Shown piece after piece: positions 12,019-25,603 of a stretch of DNA of 57,846 nucleotides; position 1 is the stretch's first letter; each line of letters opens with the position of its first letter. Made by a program: the position numbers and the translations under genes. Below the pieces are notes generated by a model. It ran no database searches. It had not been told where the DNA came from and saw only the letters and a program-made list of their open reading frames with translations. The stretch is from Octopus bimaculoides (taxonomy: Eukaryota), in assembly GCF_001194135.2 (NCBI RefSeq), contig NC_068983.1:82556350-82614195 (forward strand), written 5' to 3'.

Positions 12019-12518
12019 CTTTAAAAACTTAATTCGAAACTTTTAAACTGTCATATTTATTATTATATATTTATACTTATACATATTTACATATATTTAT
12101 ATATATTTATATTTTTAATACAACAATTATTTTACACACGTATATATCTTTCTGAAGAATTTTCTAATATTGATTTCCTGATATTAATAATAATATATTA
12201 TATAAAATATACATATTCACTCGTATTAAATACATAAATACTTTAATAGTATTAAGGCTTTGATACAATAGAGCACTCAATATGAATTCAGTATATAATA
12301 TTCTCATTGAATATATTTAAATAAAGATTTATATGCACACTATATATGCATTTACATGTGTGTGTGTGTGTGCATGTGTGTGTGTGCATGTGTGTGCGAA
12401 TTTTTGGCTACGAGTGCATGCATATTCACAAATGAATATCGGCGTGAATGTGTATGGTATATGCTGTATACTGTATAGGTATATGAGTAAAGAATACGTA
12501 CACCACCAGTTTTCGTCG

Positions 12519-12580
12519 TAACCCTAACCTTAATCCTAACTCTAATCTTTCACCCTAATCTTAACCCTAAACCCTAACCC
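12519..12580 (+). repeat. Degenerate (CCCTAA)n telomere-like tract inside an 18-bp inverted repeat
   Basis: TAACCCTAACCTTAATCCTAACTCTAA..CCCTAAACCCTAACCC, flanked by GTAAAGAATACGTACACC (12487-12504) and GGTGTGTGTATTCTTTAC (12590-12607). Confidence 0.7.
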
Positions 12581-13499
12581 TGAACACCGGGTGTGTGTAT
12601 TCTTTACCTTCGTCGGTATGTGTGTGTAATGTATGTGTGTATATGTGTATATGTGTATCGTAGCTTGGCATATATGTATATACGCCCATAATGTAGTTGT
12701 GTTGCAGATTCATACGAGAGTCGAAAAAGCATTCAAATCCGCTCGTAAAGTCCCGGTAAAATACTGTTCCACACAGATTCGGTTTATTTAATTGACTACA
12801 CTCTCTCTCCTCAACGGTACATGCTCTTGTGCTTATCATAGAAATTAATATTTTCATGCTTCAAACAAAAGACACGTTGCTTTCAGCCGCTAAGAGTGTT
12901 AGGATCTTCAGGTCGTGGGTTCGATTCTCAGACAGGGCGGTGCGTTGTGTCTTTAAGGAAGGCACTTCATTTCAGGATATCTGGAGCAGCTTGGAATGAA
13001 CTGTGTAGCAGACTGGCATCACATTTAATGGATTAAGTGCCTTGTGCTCTCCTCCTAAACGTCTTCAAAAATCGGCTAAGGTTGTCCTCATAATCCCGTA
13101 GGATAAAGCTAAATACAGTTATAACACAGTTCAGTAGGTGTTAGTTTCTGCATGAAATTCGTAATTTATTTTGATATTTCTTCATTGCTTATGTAAAATA
13201 TAAGTTTTCTACTTGGTACTACATGTAAATAGAACCCTTTTAAGTGTTCAACTTAGATGTCTATAACATAAATCTAAGCGGGCAAAAGAAAGTTGCCACC
13301 TCAGAATTTTATTACATTCGTTTAACTTGTAAGCGTTTACACTATTTGTCTTATACTGACTCTTAATTCAAATTCCACTGAGGATAACCTCAATTTTCAT
13401 CTTTCCTGAGTCGATGAATAAAGTACTAACCATTCTTCTTCTTCTTCTTCTTCTTCTTCTTCTTCTTCTTCTTCTTCTTCTTCTTCTTCTTCTTCTTCT

Positions 13500-13531
<32 letters not shown>

Positions 13532-13603
13532 TCTGTCTTTGTATTTATCTGTCTCTCCAACTGTCTCTGCCTATCTGTCAGTCTGTCTAACTTACTTCTC
13601 TCT

Positions 13604-13681
<78 letters not shown>

Positions 13682-14355
13682 CTGAATCAGCATGGTTAGG
13701 CTTCGGGAACAATAGTAGGGGGGGGGACTATTCGCAACATTATTTTGTATGGATATGAAGGCTGTTTCGAGCAAAGTGCAAGTATTCCCTTTTCATAGAA
13801 CCTTTAATATGTTACAGGAACCAGGAACCACCTATAGACGGAATAATAAGCAGCAGAACACAGAGCAGGTTGACAAATAAAAAACGGTCTTGCACCGCAT
13901 GGAATAAGAAACGTATTCAAACGGGCAATAACTGTACTGTTGAGTATAGTAATAATAAAGGTACCGTTGATAGATGTACTAAACACGGCTGATGATGATG
14001 ACTCAAATGCCGTTGCTGCAATCCGATATTCCTAATTTATCGATAATTCATTATTGACTAAAAGATATTCACTTTTTTCCTTTGATTGTCATCACTCATC
14101 AGTCACTTTAGACACAGAGAAAGCAGTTGTAAAGCGCTACGTGTAGGATGTCACGGGTTAATAATAACCGGATCTCAATGTTACGGTGTCAGATATAAGG
14201 AAGGAAATCCGAGGTAGACAGCTCAAATCTCGAGCTGAAGTTTTTTCCTGTTTCATAACTTGCTGTAAGTTGCCTGTCGGTGTGTATATGAATGTATGTG
14301 TATAAGTATACGTGCAGATGCACAGATGTGTAATTATACTTATATGTATATGTAA

Positions 14356-14397
<42 letters not shown>

Positions 14398-14942
14398 GCG
14401 CGAGCGCGCGTATACACATGTGCATGTGCGCAGGCATATATGTACGTATATTGCTGGCTATCTGTGTACATCTGTCTATCTATCTATCTATCTATCTGTG
14501 TATGTGTGCGTGCATGCATATATATTATAATATTATATATTATGCGCATTCAAATGTATGTGCAAATATATGTGTATGCATATGTGTGTNNNNNNNNNNN
14601 NNNNNNNNNNNNNNNNNNNNNNNNNNNNNNNNNNNNNNNNNNNNNNNNNNNNNNNNNNNNNNNNNNNNNNNNNNNNNNNNNNNNNNNNNNNNNNNNNNNN
14701 NNNNNNNNNNNNNNNNNNNNNNNNNNNNNNNNNNNNNNNNNNNNNNNNNNNNNNNNNNNNNNNNNNNNNNNNNNNNNNNNNNNNNNNNNNNNNNNNNNNN
14801 NNNNNNNNNNNNNNNNNNNNNNNNNNNNNNNNNNNNNNNNNNNNNNNNNNNNNNNNNNNNNNNNNNNNNNNNNNNNNNNNNNNNNNNNNNNNTATATATG
14901 AGGGCATCTGTCAGTCTTTCCGTATGTGTGTGTATTTGTGCA

Positions 14943-14978
<36 letters not shown>

Positions 14979-15499
14979 TGTGGGTGAGTGTATTATACAA
15001 GAGTCCTATCACTTCCTGGCCCAGGTTATTTCTGAGAAAGGATGCGGGGAGTAGAGGAGGTCCAAGAACGATAAAAAAAGAATGATTTTTTTTTCTTACA
15101 AAATTTCATTTATTCAGTTATTTACATTTGTATTTTAATTTCTTGGAATTTTTCTTTTAATCTTTCTCTCCTTGCATCGAATGTCAGAAAATATAGGAAA
15201 CAGGATATTTCGTTAAAACATATCGCCTGATTTGTATTTTTTTTTCTAACGAGGGGTTCGAGGTCTTCTTTTCTTTCTTTTATTTTCAATAACGTAAAAA
15301 TTTCTGAAAATTAAAAAAAGTTGGGAATCGATTTGGAAAAGCATCACTGAGAAAACATTTGCAACAATTTTAAGACATAAGAAATCAAATAAAATGTATT
15401 TTCTAATTGGTGTAACCACTGTTTCTTTGTAGAAAAAGCTCTTTTTATAAAGTTATAGATTATCGTTTTAGACTTAATTCATCGACCATTTTAAAACCA

Positions 15500-15710
15500 T
15501 CCTCGCCTCCCTATTGGCTGTTTTACTCTGTTACAAGCATTTGAACTAGATTTCCATTTTAATCAAAACCTCCATATATCCATGTACTGTTTCCCGCTGC
15601 AGTAATCCATGATTTATAGTTTCTTTTTCCCTTCCTTCATCCTCCAGCATTGTATGACCTGCAAAGGCCATCACCATAATCCTTTCACTTTACATTAAGC
15701 CACAAATAAA
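15500..15710 (-). mobile_element. Possible highly decayed RTE-clade LINE 3' fragment
   Basis: Minus-strand frames give MAFAGHTML and RKGKRNYKSWIT, reminiscent of the RTE C-terminal GH..R..GKR.RGRP..W motif. Many stops. Confidence 0.3.
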
Positions 15711-15785
15711 CAAACCTACTGTTTCTTCCTCTTTCTTAAACTAATTTTATTTGTAAACGAACTGATGCAGACCTATGTTGCATGT

Positions 15786-16030
15786 GGAGTCGCATGGGTT
15801 AGTGGTTAAAGTGTTGGTCTCATGATCGTAAGATTGTTGTTTCGAATCTTGGACGGGGCGATGTGTTGTGCTCTTGAGCAAAGCACTTCATTTCACATTC
15901 CTCCAGTTCACTCAGCTGGTAAAAACGAGTAACCCGGCAACGGATCGGCATTTCGTCCAGGGACGAATATATATGCCAGAGAAACCGGGAGATCGGCCCT
16001 ATACTCCTTATGAAATAATGTGGGCTAACC
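15786..16030 (+). mobile_element. SINE family B copy
   Basis: Colinear with 1244-1495 over head and core. Confidence 0.85.
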
Positions 16031-16434
16031 AACGTTGCAGGAAGTAATGCAGACCTCATTTGTTTCCGTGAATTTTGTTTGGTCACGGGATGCCGTTTTA
16101 TGATTTGCAAATCAAGTTATCTTTTATAGGGGAGGTACCCAACGACCCCGCAAAAAAGCACCCATGGAGCCTAATTCCACATTTAGATTAAATACGAACA
16201 TGTCACTACATATTTATGAAGTGTATAAAAGCGTACCTTATTGAACTGTCATAATATTTATTACTCTTCTTTGGAGATAGAGAGATGAAGAGGAAATAAA
16301 GACCCTACTAACACAGTGACACAATCGAGAATTTACAATTTTTAGACAATGGCTTATTGGCACCCCTTGATCTCTTTCTTTCTTACCCTCTCTCACTCTC
16401 TCTCAGAAGGAGAAGAAAAAGAGTTGAAAATATT

Positions 16435-16666
16435 TATTTGTTTATTGCCCACAAGGCGCTAAACATAGAGTGGACAAACAAGGACAGACAAAGAGATTAA
16501 GTCGACTACATCGAACCCAGTGCGTAACTGGTACTTAGTTAATCGACCTCGAAAGGATGAAAGGCAAAGTCGACTTCGGCGGAATTTGAACTCAGAATGT
16601 AGCGGCAGACGAAATACCGCTAAGCATTTTGCCCGGCATGCTAACGATTCTGCCAGTTCGCCGCCT
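16435..16666 (-). mobile_element. SINE family C copy, well preserved
   Basis: Reverse complement begins GGCGGCGAACTGGCAGAATCGTTAGCATGCCGGGC and contains GTCGACTTTGCCTTTCATCCTTTCGAGGTCGATT. Confidence 0.85.
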
Positions 16667-18748
16667 TAGTGAGTTGAAAAATATTACAGATCTCATTCTT
16701 GATAACAAATCATATCTCTCTAATTTATTACAGTCGAAGTGAAAACTGTCATCTCTCTTGTTTTTCTATTTTCTATTAACGAACCCACCAGACTACCTGT
16801 ACGCGGCCCCTATACCTGCTAGAAATAGCACTTAAATATCTCTTAAATCATACACCCTACAGTCTTAAACGAGAAAAGCAGCATTAGATAATGTAGTCAT
16901 GAATACGACTAAAATGACAGAATTGATCACAGAGTTATTTTATGACTGGTGGCCAAGAACAAAAACATCTTCATGACATTGAAACAGTAACTCGCAACTT
17001 AGATAGTGCCGTATCTACCATCTTGCTTTAAGAATATGAACAGTATAACGATTTGAAAGATTGGCTACTAATCAATGGGGAAATTTTCTGAATATATTTC
17101 GACTTTCTTTCACGACTGGTAGTATTTTATGGATTCTGTAACGCAAACAAACATTATCGACCCAAGGTGAATTTAAACTAAGAACAAATAGGAGTAAAAC
17201 AGTTTATAGCATTTAGTCCAGCTTTTAATTCTCACCAGCCTTTGTCATCCAACCACCTTTTGAAGGATATTCACCTTCAACCAAGATAAATTAACAGTTT
17301 TCGTTTTAACATAATCATAGAGCGTAATATGTTTATGGGTGTGGGTACATGATTTTGCTATGTTAAGTGTTTTCCCAAGAAGCATTTGTGACTAAACTGA
17401 AGCTTAATATCTCTTCAATCACGGATAGAAACCTAATTATAGACACAACAACCCTGGGGAGTATTTTTCTTTTTCTCCAAGGATGTTTTGATTTCCCTGG
17501 TGCAGTGATTCGGAAACTGATAAAAATTAGCCTGACCCAGATATTAGGGCAACTTTTCCTCTTCCCCTCTATTAATGGGAAGACAAAATAGAGCTTACAT
17601 CCGTATAATTCTTCTTTCTTCACCATAGTTTTGGACAAATTTTAAAAGTTCAAAACAGTCTTAAGTTGGTTAATCATAGCAAATTGTTCACTCACTACCA
17701 ATCCTCACCTCTGCCATTTTTATAAAAATTACTACCCTAATGTTCGCGTAAGGTCATCTAGACGGTACTTACAGTTCACATCAGCCTAGTAGATAGGCTT
17801 AAAGTAAATTGTCCTCTACGCAGATTCATGAATATTTCTCATATGGGCACAAAGAGCAAACATTTGGTAAGGAAGCTTGAATCGATGCTAGCAACGTCCT
17901 TGGTTTTTAATCTTTCTTATTGACATAAAGAGTAGGCATCGCTAAAGGCAAAATCACCCCTTGTATGAATCGAACTCAACACTGATAAAATTAAACTCTA
18001 TGTGTTTAATCTAATGCTGTATAACCAAACGGAAAACTCTTACTGCGTATTTCGACACTATAAGAAGGAAAAATACAATTTAGATAGAACGTATTGCGAA
18101 CTAATGACCTCTAAAACGTTTACTTAGGTGCTTCGATATTTTAGCTAAATACTAAGTAATCAACTAAATACTAATTAATCAACTTTATGGTCAGAGCGAG
18201 TATGGATAAGAAGAGAAAAGAATGATGAAAAACGTATAACTATGTTCCTGTTGTAAGTTAAATACTAACAATTAGATAACAGAAGATTTATTCAATTTAC
18301 CTTTATTTATATCTCATTGTAGGAGACATTACGCAAGCGTTCTCTTTGTGACTCCCGTAAGAGATTGTCAGCGGGCAACAGTAAAAATATTTTCAGTTTC
18401 ACAAACAAGAATCTCAGATTCCCCCCAAATCTCTTGCTGCTGGGATGACTTGAAAAATAATTGAAAATTTTGATAGAGACACGAAATAACAATAGCTCAT
18501 AGTATTGAAAGAAAAAATACAAACACACTTGAATTAAGTAATCTAGAAGTAGCATGGAAGAGAGGAATAATGACGATATAACATGAGCATGACAATACAG
18601 CTTCAGACGACAGAATTATATATGTGTATGTGTGTGTGTGCGTGTGTGTGTGTGCGTACATGCGTGCGCGCATAGATGTACGTGTACGGGTGTGTGTATG
18701 TGTGTCAGTTTGTATGTGTGTGTGTGTGTGTGCGTCTGCATATTTACA

Positions 18749-18818
<70 letters not shown>

Positions 18819-19892
18819 NNNNNNNNNNNNNNNNNNNNNNNNNNNNNNNNNNNNNNNNNNNNNNNNNNNNNNNNNNNNNNNNNNNNNNNNNNNNNNNNNN
18901 NNNNNNNNNNNNNNNNNNNNNNNNNNNNNNNNNNNNNNNNNNNNNNNNNNNNNNNNNNNNNNNNNNNNNNNNNNNNNNNNNNNNNNNNNNNNNNNNNNNN
19001 NNNNNNNNNNNNNNNNNNNNNNNNNNNNNNNNNNNNNNNNNNNNNNNNNNNNNNNNNNNNNNNNNNNNNNNNNNNNNNNNNNNNNNNNNNNNNNNNNNNN
19101 NNNNNNNNNNNNNNNNNNNNNNNNNNNNNNNNNNNNNNNNNNNNNNNNNNNNNNNNNNNNNNNNNNNNNNNNNNNNNNNNNNNNNNNNNNNNNNNNNNNN
19201 NNNNNNNNNNNNNNNNNNNNNNNNNNNNNNNNNNNNNNNNNNNNNNNNNNNNNNNNNNNNNNNNNNNNNNNNNNNNNNNNNNNNNNNNNNNNNNNNNNNN
19301 NNNNNNNNNNNNNNNNNNNNNNNNNNNNNNNNNNNNNNNNNNNNNNNNNNNNNNNNNNNNNNNNNNNNNNNNNNNNNNNNNNNNNNNNNNNNNNNNNNNN
19401 NNNNNNNNNNNNNNNNNNNNNNNNNNNNNNNNNNNNNNNNNNNNNNNNNNNNNNNNNNNNNNNNNNNNNNNNNNNNNNNNNNNNNNNNNNNNNNNNNNNN
19501 NNNNNNNNNNNNNNNNNNNNNNNNNNNNNNNNNNNNNNNNNNNNNNNNNNNNNNNNNNNNNNNNNNNNNNNNNNNNNNNNNNTATATATATATATATATA
19601 TATCCCCTTAGTTCCATAATGCTAAGCGGTTATCAGAGAAAAACAGGACAAATGTATTCATTCATATAAATATAAATATACATGTATGTATGTGTGTGTG
19701 TATGACGAGAGAGAAGAGGGAGAGAAGGAGGTTAGATAGATAAATAAAAACATACATACGTACGTATTATATGTAAGTGTATACTCACATGTATACTCAT
19801 ACACACACATATATGCATAACAGTAGGCAAACACATGTACGTATCTGTTATAAGAACAACACCGATGGCCATTTTCATGCCCATGGCTTTTA

Positions 19893-19936
<44 letters not shown>

Positions 19937-20030
19937 ATAGGAAGGACAACAAAAGAAAGAAAGAGACCTCGATATTATGTAAATAGAGGAATTTATCTGT
20001 AAAAATATGTGACACTTATTCGGTAGCCAT

Positions 20031-20091
20031 GATAAAACTCCGAGTTTCGGATGCCGAGGTGGGAACCCACGCCAACATCTCTTCAGTTATC
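20031..20091 (-). ncRNA. Type I hammerhead ribozyme motif, left arm
   Basis: Reverse complement GATAA-CTGAAGA-GATGTTGG..TCGGCATCC-GAAA-CTCGGAG-TT-TTATC. Intact core, stem I GATAA/TTATC, GUU triplet. Confidence 0.75.
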
Positions 20092-20146
20092 CGCCATTGA
20101 AAATTCCTGTGAATTTTTCATTTTTCACAGGAATTTTCAATGATCG

Positions 20147-20207
20147 GATAACTGAAGAGATGTTGGAGTGGGTTCCCACCCCGGCATCCGAAACTCGAAG
20201 TTTTATC
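20147..20207 (+). ncRNA. Type I hammerhead ribozyme motif, right arm
   Basis: GATAA-CTGAAGA-GATGTTGG-AGTGGGTTCCCACC-CCGGCATCC-GAAA-CTCGAAG-TT-TTATC. Intact core, long stem II capped by a GTGGG/CCCAC hairpin. Confidence 0.75.
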
Positions 20208-20394
20208 ATGGGTACCGAATAAGCGTCACATATTTTTACAGATATATATATATGTGTGTGTGTGTGTGTGNNNNNNNNNNNNNNNNNNNNNNNNNNNNNN
20301 NNNNNNNNNNNNNNNNNNNNNNNNNNNNNNNNNNNNNNNNNNNNNNNNNNNNNNNNNNNNNNNNNNNNNNNNNNNNNNNNNNNNNNNNNNNNNN

Positions 20395-20497
<103 letters not shown>

Positions 20498-20696
20498 GAT
20501 AGATAGATAGGTAGATAGAGAGATAGATAGATAGATAGATATGGGGAGAGGTGTATACTTAAACAACTTCATAGACAGATACGTACTCGCATTTTGCCTT
20601 CCTGGCAACAACTTTACTTCAAAATTTTAAAACCTATCTAATTTTTGCTCTTTGTATCAAATTCGCTTCTTTGTCTTGTCTTTTTTGCTCTCCGCC

Positions 20697-20885
20697 ATTG
20701 CCATCATCATCATCAGCACCAGCATCATCATCATCATCAGCAGCATCAGCATCATCATCATTATCACCGTCTTCATCACCCTCATCATCATCGTCTTCAT
20801 CACCATCATCACCATCATCATTATCACCATTAACCTCATCGTCGTCGTCGTCATCCTCATCATCATCATCCTCATTATCATCACG
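20697..20885. repeat. (CAT)n/(CAG)/(CGT) compound trinucleotide tract
   Basis: Direct reading. Source of the poly-H/I/S/M pseudo-ORFs. Confidence 0.9.
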
Positions 20886-21761
20886 TTTTCTTCATCTTCT
20901 TTTCTTTTTTCAGCCTATCTCTACTTTCCTATCTACCTTGATAATTATTTAACTTCCCACAACATCCCTTTAACCACTACACTAATTTTTTTTTCTCTAA
21001 CCCGCATCCACCCACCTCGTACACTTTTGCAATCCACTGATGTCGCCATCTTTCCTACCTGCCTATTTCCCTACCCACTTTCCTTCCCACTTACCTACAT
21101 ACCTTCCTACCAACCTACCTACCTATATACATATATAAGCATACACATGCATAAGTACCTAAACACACACACAATATGTGTGTGTGTATGTACACTTACA
21201 CAAATACATAAAATATACATACATACATGCATACATGCGTACATACATACATGCATACATACATATAGATATAACTACCCACCCCTTTTCAGCACCAAAC
21301 CATTCACCTTGCCCGACGATTTCCAACCTAACTAAAAATCATGCTCCCAGCATCTATATAGCTAAACATGTCAAATATTAGGGGTTGAAAAAATAAAGAT
21401 GTGTTATTAAAAATTAGACAAGAAATATCTACATTCCATCAATAAGAGTAAGTGCGAAGTGATGAAATGAAACGAGGGAGTATGTTCTCTGCAGGAACTC
21501 CCCACTGCCGATCTTTTACTCAGCAATCAGGAAGCGAAGGGGAATGGTCGGCTCTGTGGAGGCAGTGGGGGTAACAATCAGGTTTTGTTAAAATATATTG
21601 TATATACTGCATCTATCTATTAGATAATACATGCACGCGTCTACTCCGAGAAATACATAGACACGTACAAAGTGCATTTGCACTGGATATATATATATGT
21701 GTATGTATGTGTATGTATATACACACACATACACACAAACACACATATATACATATACATA

Positions 21762-21792
<31 letters not shown>

Positions 21793-21813
21793 GCGTATAT
21801 ATATATATATATA

Positions 21814-21872
<59 letters not shown>

Positions 21873-21989
21873 ATATCAACCTATGCGACGCATGTTCTCT
21901 TCTTTGACAATGACATTTGTAGGTGCAAGTGTTATATTTAGGTGCATGACTATACTGTTCTTGTTGTTTATTTCGAGGCTGTGTCAAGG

Positions 21990-22340
21990 ACTCTAAATGA
22001 AAGCTGGTAAACCAAAGTTTCCATGGAATTTTGACATTCAGACATATGACATGATTTACCACCGTAGATCAGATACAGGAGAAAGGAAAGTGTTTCGGAA
22101 TAGTGCAATTCAGACAAAACTTTTCCAGACAAAGAAGTAGATTAGATCACAAAATGTGCTGAATTAAAAGTAGATATATTAAGAATGAGATGTCCATCAG
22201 CAGAGCTAAAAGTCGGTACCAATTATCAGTTGATTTGTTTCTCCTGCAATAGACATCAAGACGGACAGAGGAGTGCTCCCCACATGTCAGACATTCTTGG
22301 AACAGCTCATGTTCTTAGAAAAATTGCTCACATCTAAGTT
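21990..22340 (+). mobile_element. R4/Dong-type non-LTR 3' end fragment (restriction-like endonuclease remnant)
   Basis: PKFPWNFDIQTYDMIYHRRSD resembles the R4 LWDF.IQTD..I..RRPD motif, and terminal LGTAHVLRKIAHI* resembles LLGTAHILRKVL. Confidence 0.7.
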
Positions 22341-22505
22341 TTAAGTCCTTGATTAATGTAACGAAAAAGAAAAAAAATCACTGTTTTCAATACATAGTAT
22401 AACCCGAGGGGACGTTTAAGGAGAGAACAGAGGACGTTTAGCATGTGAGAGCGATAAAACACTGCGCCGAAATTTATCCCAAAACATCGGAAATAGAGAC
22501 ATCGC

Positions 22506-22547
22506 ATGGAGCCAAAAATAACTGACAAAGGGCTGGACTATATCCGA
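22506..22547 (+). CDS. Candidate first coding exon (MEPKITDKGLDYIR)
   Basis: CATCGC-ATG-G start with an in-frame stop upstream, 14 open codons, consensus donor CGA|GTAAGT. Short, so could be chance. Confidence 0.3.
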
Positions 22548-22599
22548 GTAAGTAATACTCATTGAAATTTATTTCTATTTTCCAAATGAAATGATGTAT

Positions 22600-25555
22600 T
22601 TTAACTGGATATCATCTCCACTGCTCGCACAGCACATGTAAACACGCTTGATAAATTACGATCCATCGACACCAGACCATCTCCGGCCCCAAACACCATG
22701 TACAAAAAAATTACAAATAAATTAAATAATACCGGTATTATTCAACCCAAGAATAACAATCGGGAAGTGCGTACTTTAAACTTGTTATACAAAAAGTACG
22801 AAAAACTACACGTGCAAAACAATCTGACAACAGAAATGAACGGACCGGTACCCTACGAAAACGATGACCGTCAAAATGAAGGACCAGACTTTGTTCTTCA
22901 TGTCCCGCAAATAAAACCAAAAAGACATAAATGGACACGTGAGAAATATATTTCAATCCTACACGCATATTTTACAACAATGCTCTACCCAAAGAACGAA
23001 AACTCAACAACACATACAGATAGAATATGGAGGAAAAATAACCTAAATAAAGACCTGGATACAACAATGAACCCTAATAAACTAGCTAACATACAAATAT
23101 ATATTCTCAAGGCAAAAAAATATTAGAAATAGAAATAGAACAATTAAAAGGAAAAATACGTCAGGAAAATCTAGATAGTAGCCACACAACAATGCCAAAT
23201 AATAATATAAACACTGACACAGTAAAACACGAAGACAAACGTAACATTCCCAACAAAAATGAAGTAAACAAGAAACAACAAACCCAGGCCAGTGGGATGT
23301 ATAATAATGTACAAAGTGTACCAATCCAGAATACCACAGACAAACATGAACGAAAAGGAAGGCGAAACAAATCTAAAATCTGGAAACTGTGTAGGGGAAC
23401 CTAATGATTATGATACTATAAAAATGAGAATAATCAAAGAACTGAAAACCACAGATCTTAGAATGGACCACAAGTTATACCCCCCAAAAATCAAAATAGA
23501 CAGTAAAACAACATCAATAATAAATAGCATGAACCTAGCCGTCACGGAAATAATAGCCACAGAAACAAATGGCAATATCACTGAGAAAAATAACATAATA
23601 TATGCAGCAGCCACTCTAGCCACAAAAGAAGCAGGATACTCCCTCAAACCCAACCAAACAGGAGTACCACCACCCAAACAAACCTTGTGGATAAATAATA
23701 TCCAAAACAAAATTTTAAAAAAGAGAAAAGATCTGTCGATTCTTAACGAAATTAGTAGACAATCAACACTACTAAGTAACAAGAAGAAAACAAAAATACT
23801 GTGCAAATACAACATTGCAGAAAAATATTTACCTGAGGTAAAAGAAAAGCTAAAGCAAGATGGCCTTGCCAAGGCACAAATGATCCGCCGATATTAGAAA
23901 CGCCAACATTTCTTTGAACAAAACAAACAGTTCAAATCCAAACCAAAAAAATTCTACCAAGAACTTGGCAAAAATAAAATGGACGTTACTGCCGCACCAA
24001 CAGCAGAAGAAGTGGAAGAATTTTGGAAAGAAATATGTTCGGTGAAGGAACAACCTCAGAAAAGGACTATTAACACAACGAATTTAGCACCTGAGCAACT
24101 CTGGACCCCTATAACAACTGAAGAGGGCACCAAGGCACTGCAAAGACTAAGCAACTGGAAGACACCTGGGCACCACAAGATCCCCAACTTCTGGTTAAGA
24201 TATCTGACAGGAATGCATAAAAAACTGGCTGAAAACTTTAACGACATACTAGCAGAGCCAGAGACAATGTCTGAATGGCTCAGGAAAGGGAAAACCAGCC
24301 TAATTCCTAAATCCACAGAAACAGAAAAACCACAAAACTACAGACCTATAACCTGTCTCCCTACAATCTACAAAGCCTTTACTGCAATAATATCGCAAAG
24401 ATTGAGTAAGCACCTGGAAGAAAACAACCTGTTTCCAGAAGAGCAGAAGGGATGCTGCAAGGGCTCATACGGCTGTAAAGATCAATTAATGATCAATAAG
24501 GCCATAACTGACGACAGCCACAGAAAGAAGAAAGGCCACAGTATGGCCTGGATCGACTACCGAAAGGCTTTTAATAATGTTCCCCACACGTGGATCCTCG
24601 AAACACTAGCCATAAACAAGGTGGCACCAATAATTATAAAATACATAAGGCACTCAATGAATAAATGGCAGACAGTGCTACAGCTCCGAACAAAAGAGGG
24701 ACTCGTGAAAACCAAAGACGAATATTCCAGGGAGACACGCTCTCTCCACTCCTGTTCTGCCTGGCACTCACACCTTTAACTGAATTGCTAAATAGAACTG
24801 GATGTGGATACAAATGTTACGGCAAAACAATCAGCCACCTTTTATATATGGATGACCTAAAATTATACGCTACAAATGATAAACAGCTAGAAACACTACT
24901 ACAGACAGTACATGGATTTACCAAAGAAATAGATATGAGATTTGGATTAGAAAAATGTACCAAAGCAACCCTGAAAAGCGGAAAACTAGTTAAGAGTAGC
25001 AACATCAAACTACATAAAGCCAATGAAATAAGAGAATTAGACGAAAGCCAGCCATACAAATATTTAGGAATCAATGAACTAGATAGGATACAACACACAC
25101 AAATGAAAGAAAAAATAAAGAAAGAGTACTATAGACGAGTTAGATCAATACTAAAAACAGAGCTCGACGCTAAAAACAGAGCTCGATGCTAAAAACAAGA
25201 TAATAGGTATTAACACTTTAGCCGTCCCAGTTATAAGTTACAGCTACAATATCCTTAACTGAACACTAAACGAACTAATGAAAATAGACAGGAAAACAAG
25301 AAAAATAATGACAGGATCTAGGATGCACCACCCAAAATCTGACATAGAAAGGCTATATATACAACGTACAGAAGGTGGGAGAAGCCTTATACAGCTGAAA
25401 AACTATTATAAAATAACCACCATCGGACTGCAAAAATACCTACTTCAGAAGCAAGGAAAACTAATACAAATAGCCACAAAACACGAGCAAAACAAAAAAC
25501 TGTTTTCAGTATTCAAGGAAACTAACAAATACAAACAAGAAATCATACTACCAAA
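22600..25555 (+). mobile_element. R4/Dong-clade non-LTR retrotransposon, about 3 kb, 3'-truncated and frameshifted
   Basis: NWKTPG, NYRPITCLPTIYK, WIDYRKAF..VPHTW, RIFQGDTLSPLLF, HLLYMDDLKLY, YKYLG and HHPKSDIERLYIQRTEGGRSL motifs, plus N-terminal RHKWT. Ends in (AAG)n before the zinc knuckle and endonuclease. Confidence 0.92.
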
Positions 25556-25603
25556 GAAGAAGAAGAAGAAGAAGAAGAAGAAGAAGAAGAAGAAGAAGAA
25601 GAA

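Larger units (their letters stand above)
19995..20243. repeat. About 250-bp near-perfect palindrome (arms about 118 bp)
   Basis: ATCTGTAAAAATATGTGACACTTATTCGG..AAATTCCTGTGAA mirrored by TTCACAGGAATTTTCAA..CCGAATAAGCGTCACATATTTTTACAGAT, with a spacer of about 10 nt. Confidence 0.95.

Noticed and set aside
17363-17638. Overlapping 91-aa and 74-aa ORFs on opposite strands
   Set aside because: No recognisable motif and no consistent acceptor-donor pair.
21500-21570. CCCCACTGCC/GGCAGTGGGG stem as a pre-miRNA
   Set aside because: Only 10 bp of contiguous pairing with a poorly paired interior. Not a miRNA-like hairpin.
22506-22547. Assignment of MEPKITDKGLDYIR to the BPI/LBP or F-box/LRR families
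   Set aside because: A six-residue resemblance is not evidence, and there is no signal peptide or supporting exon.
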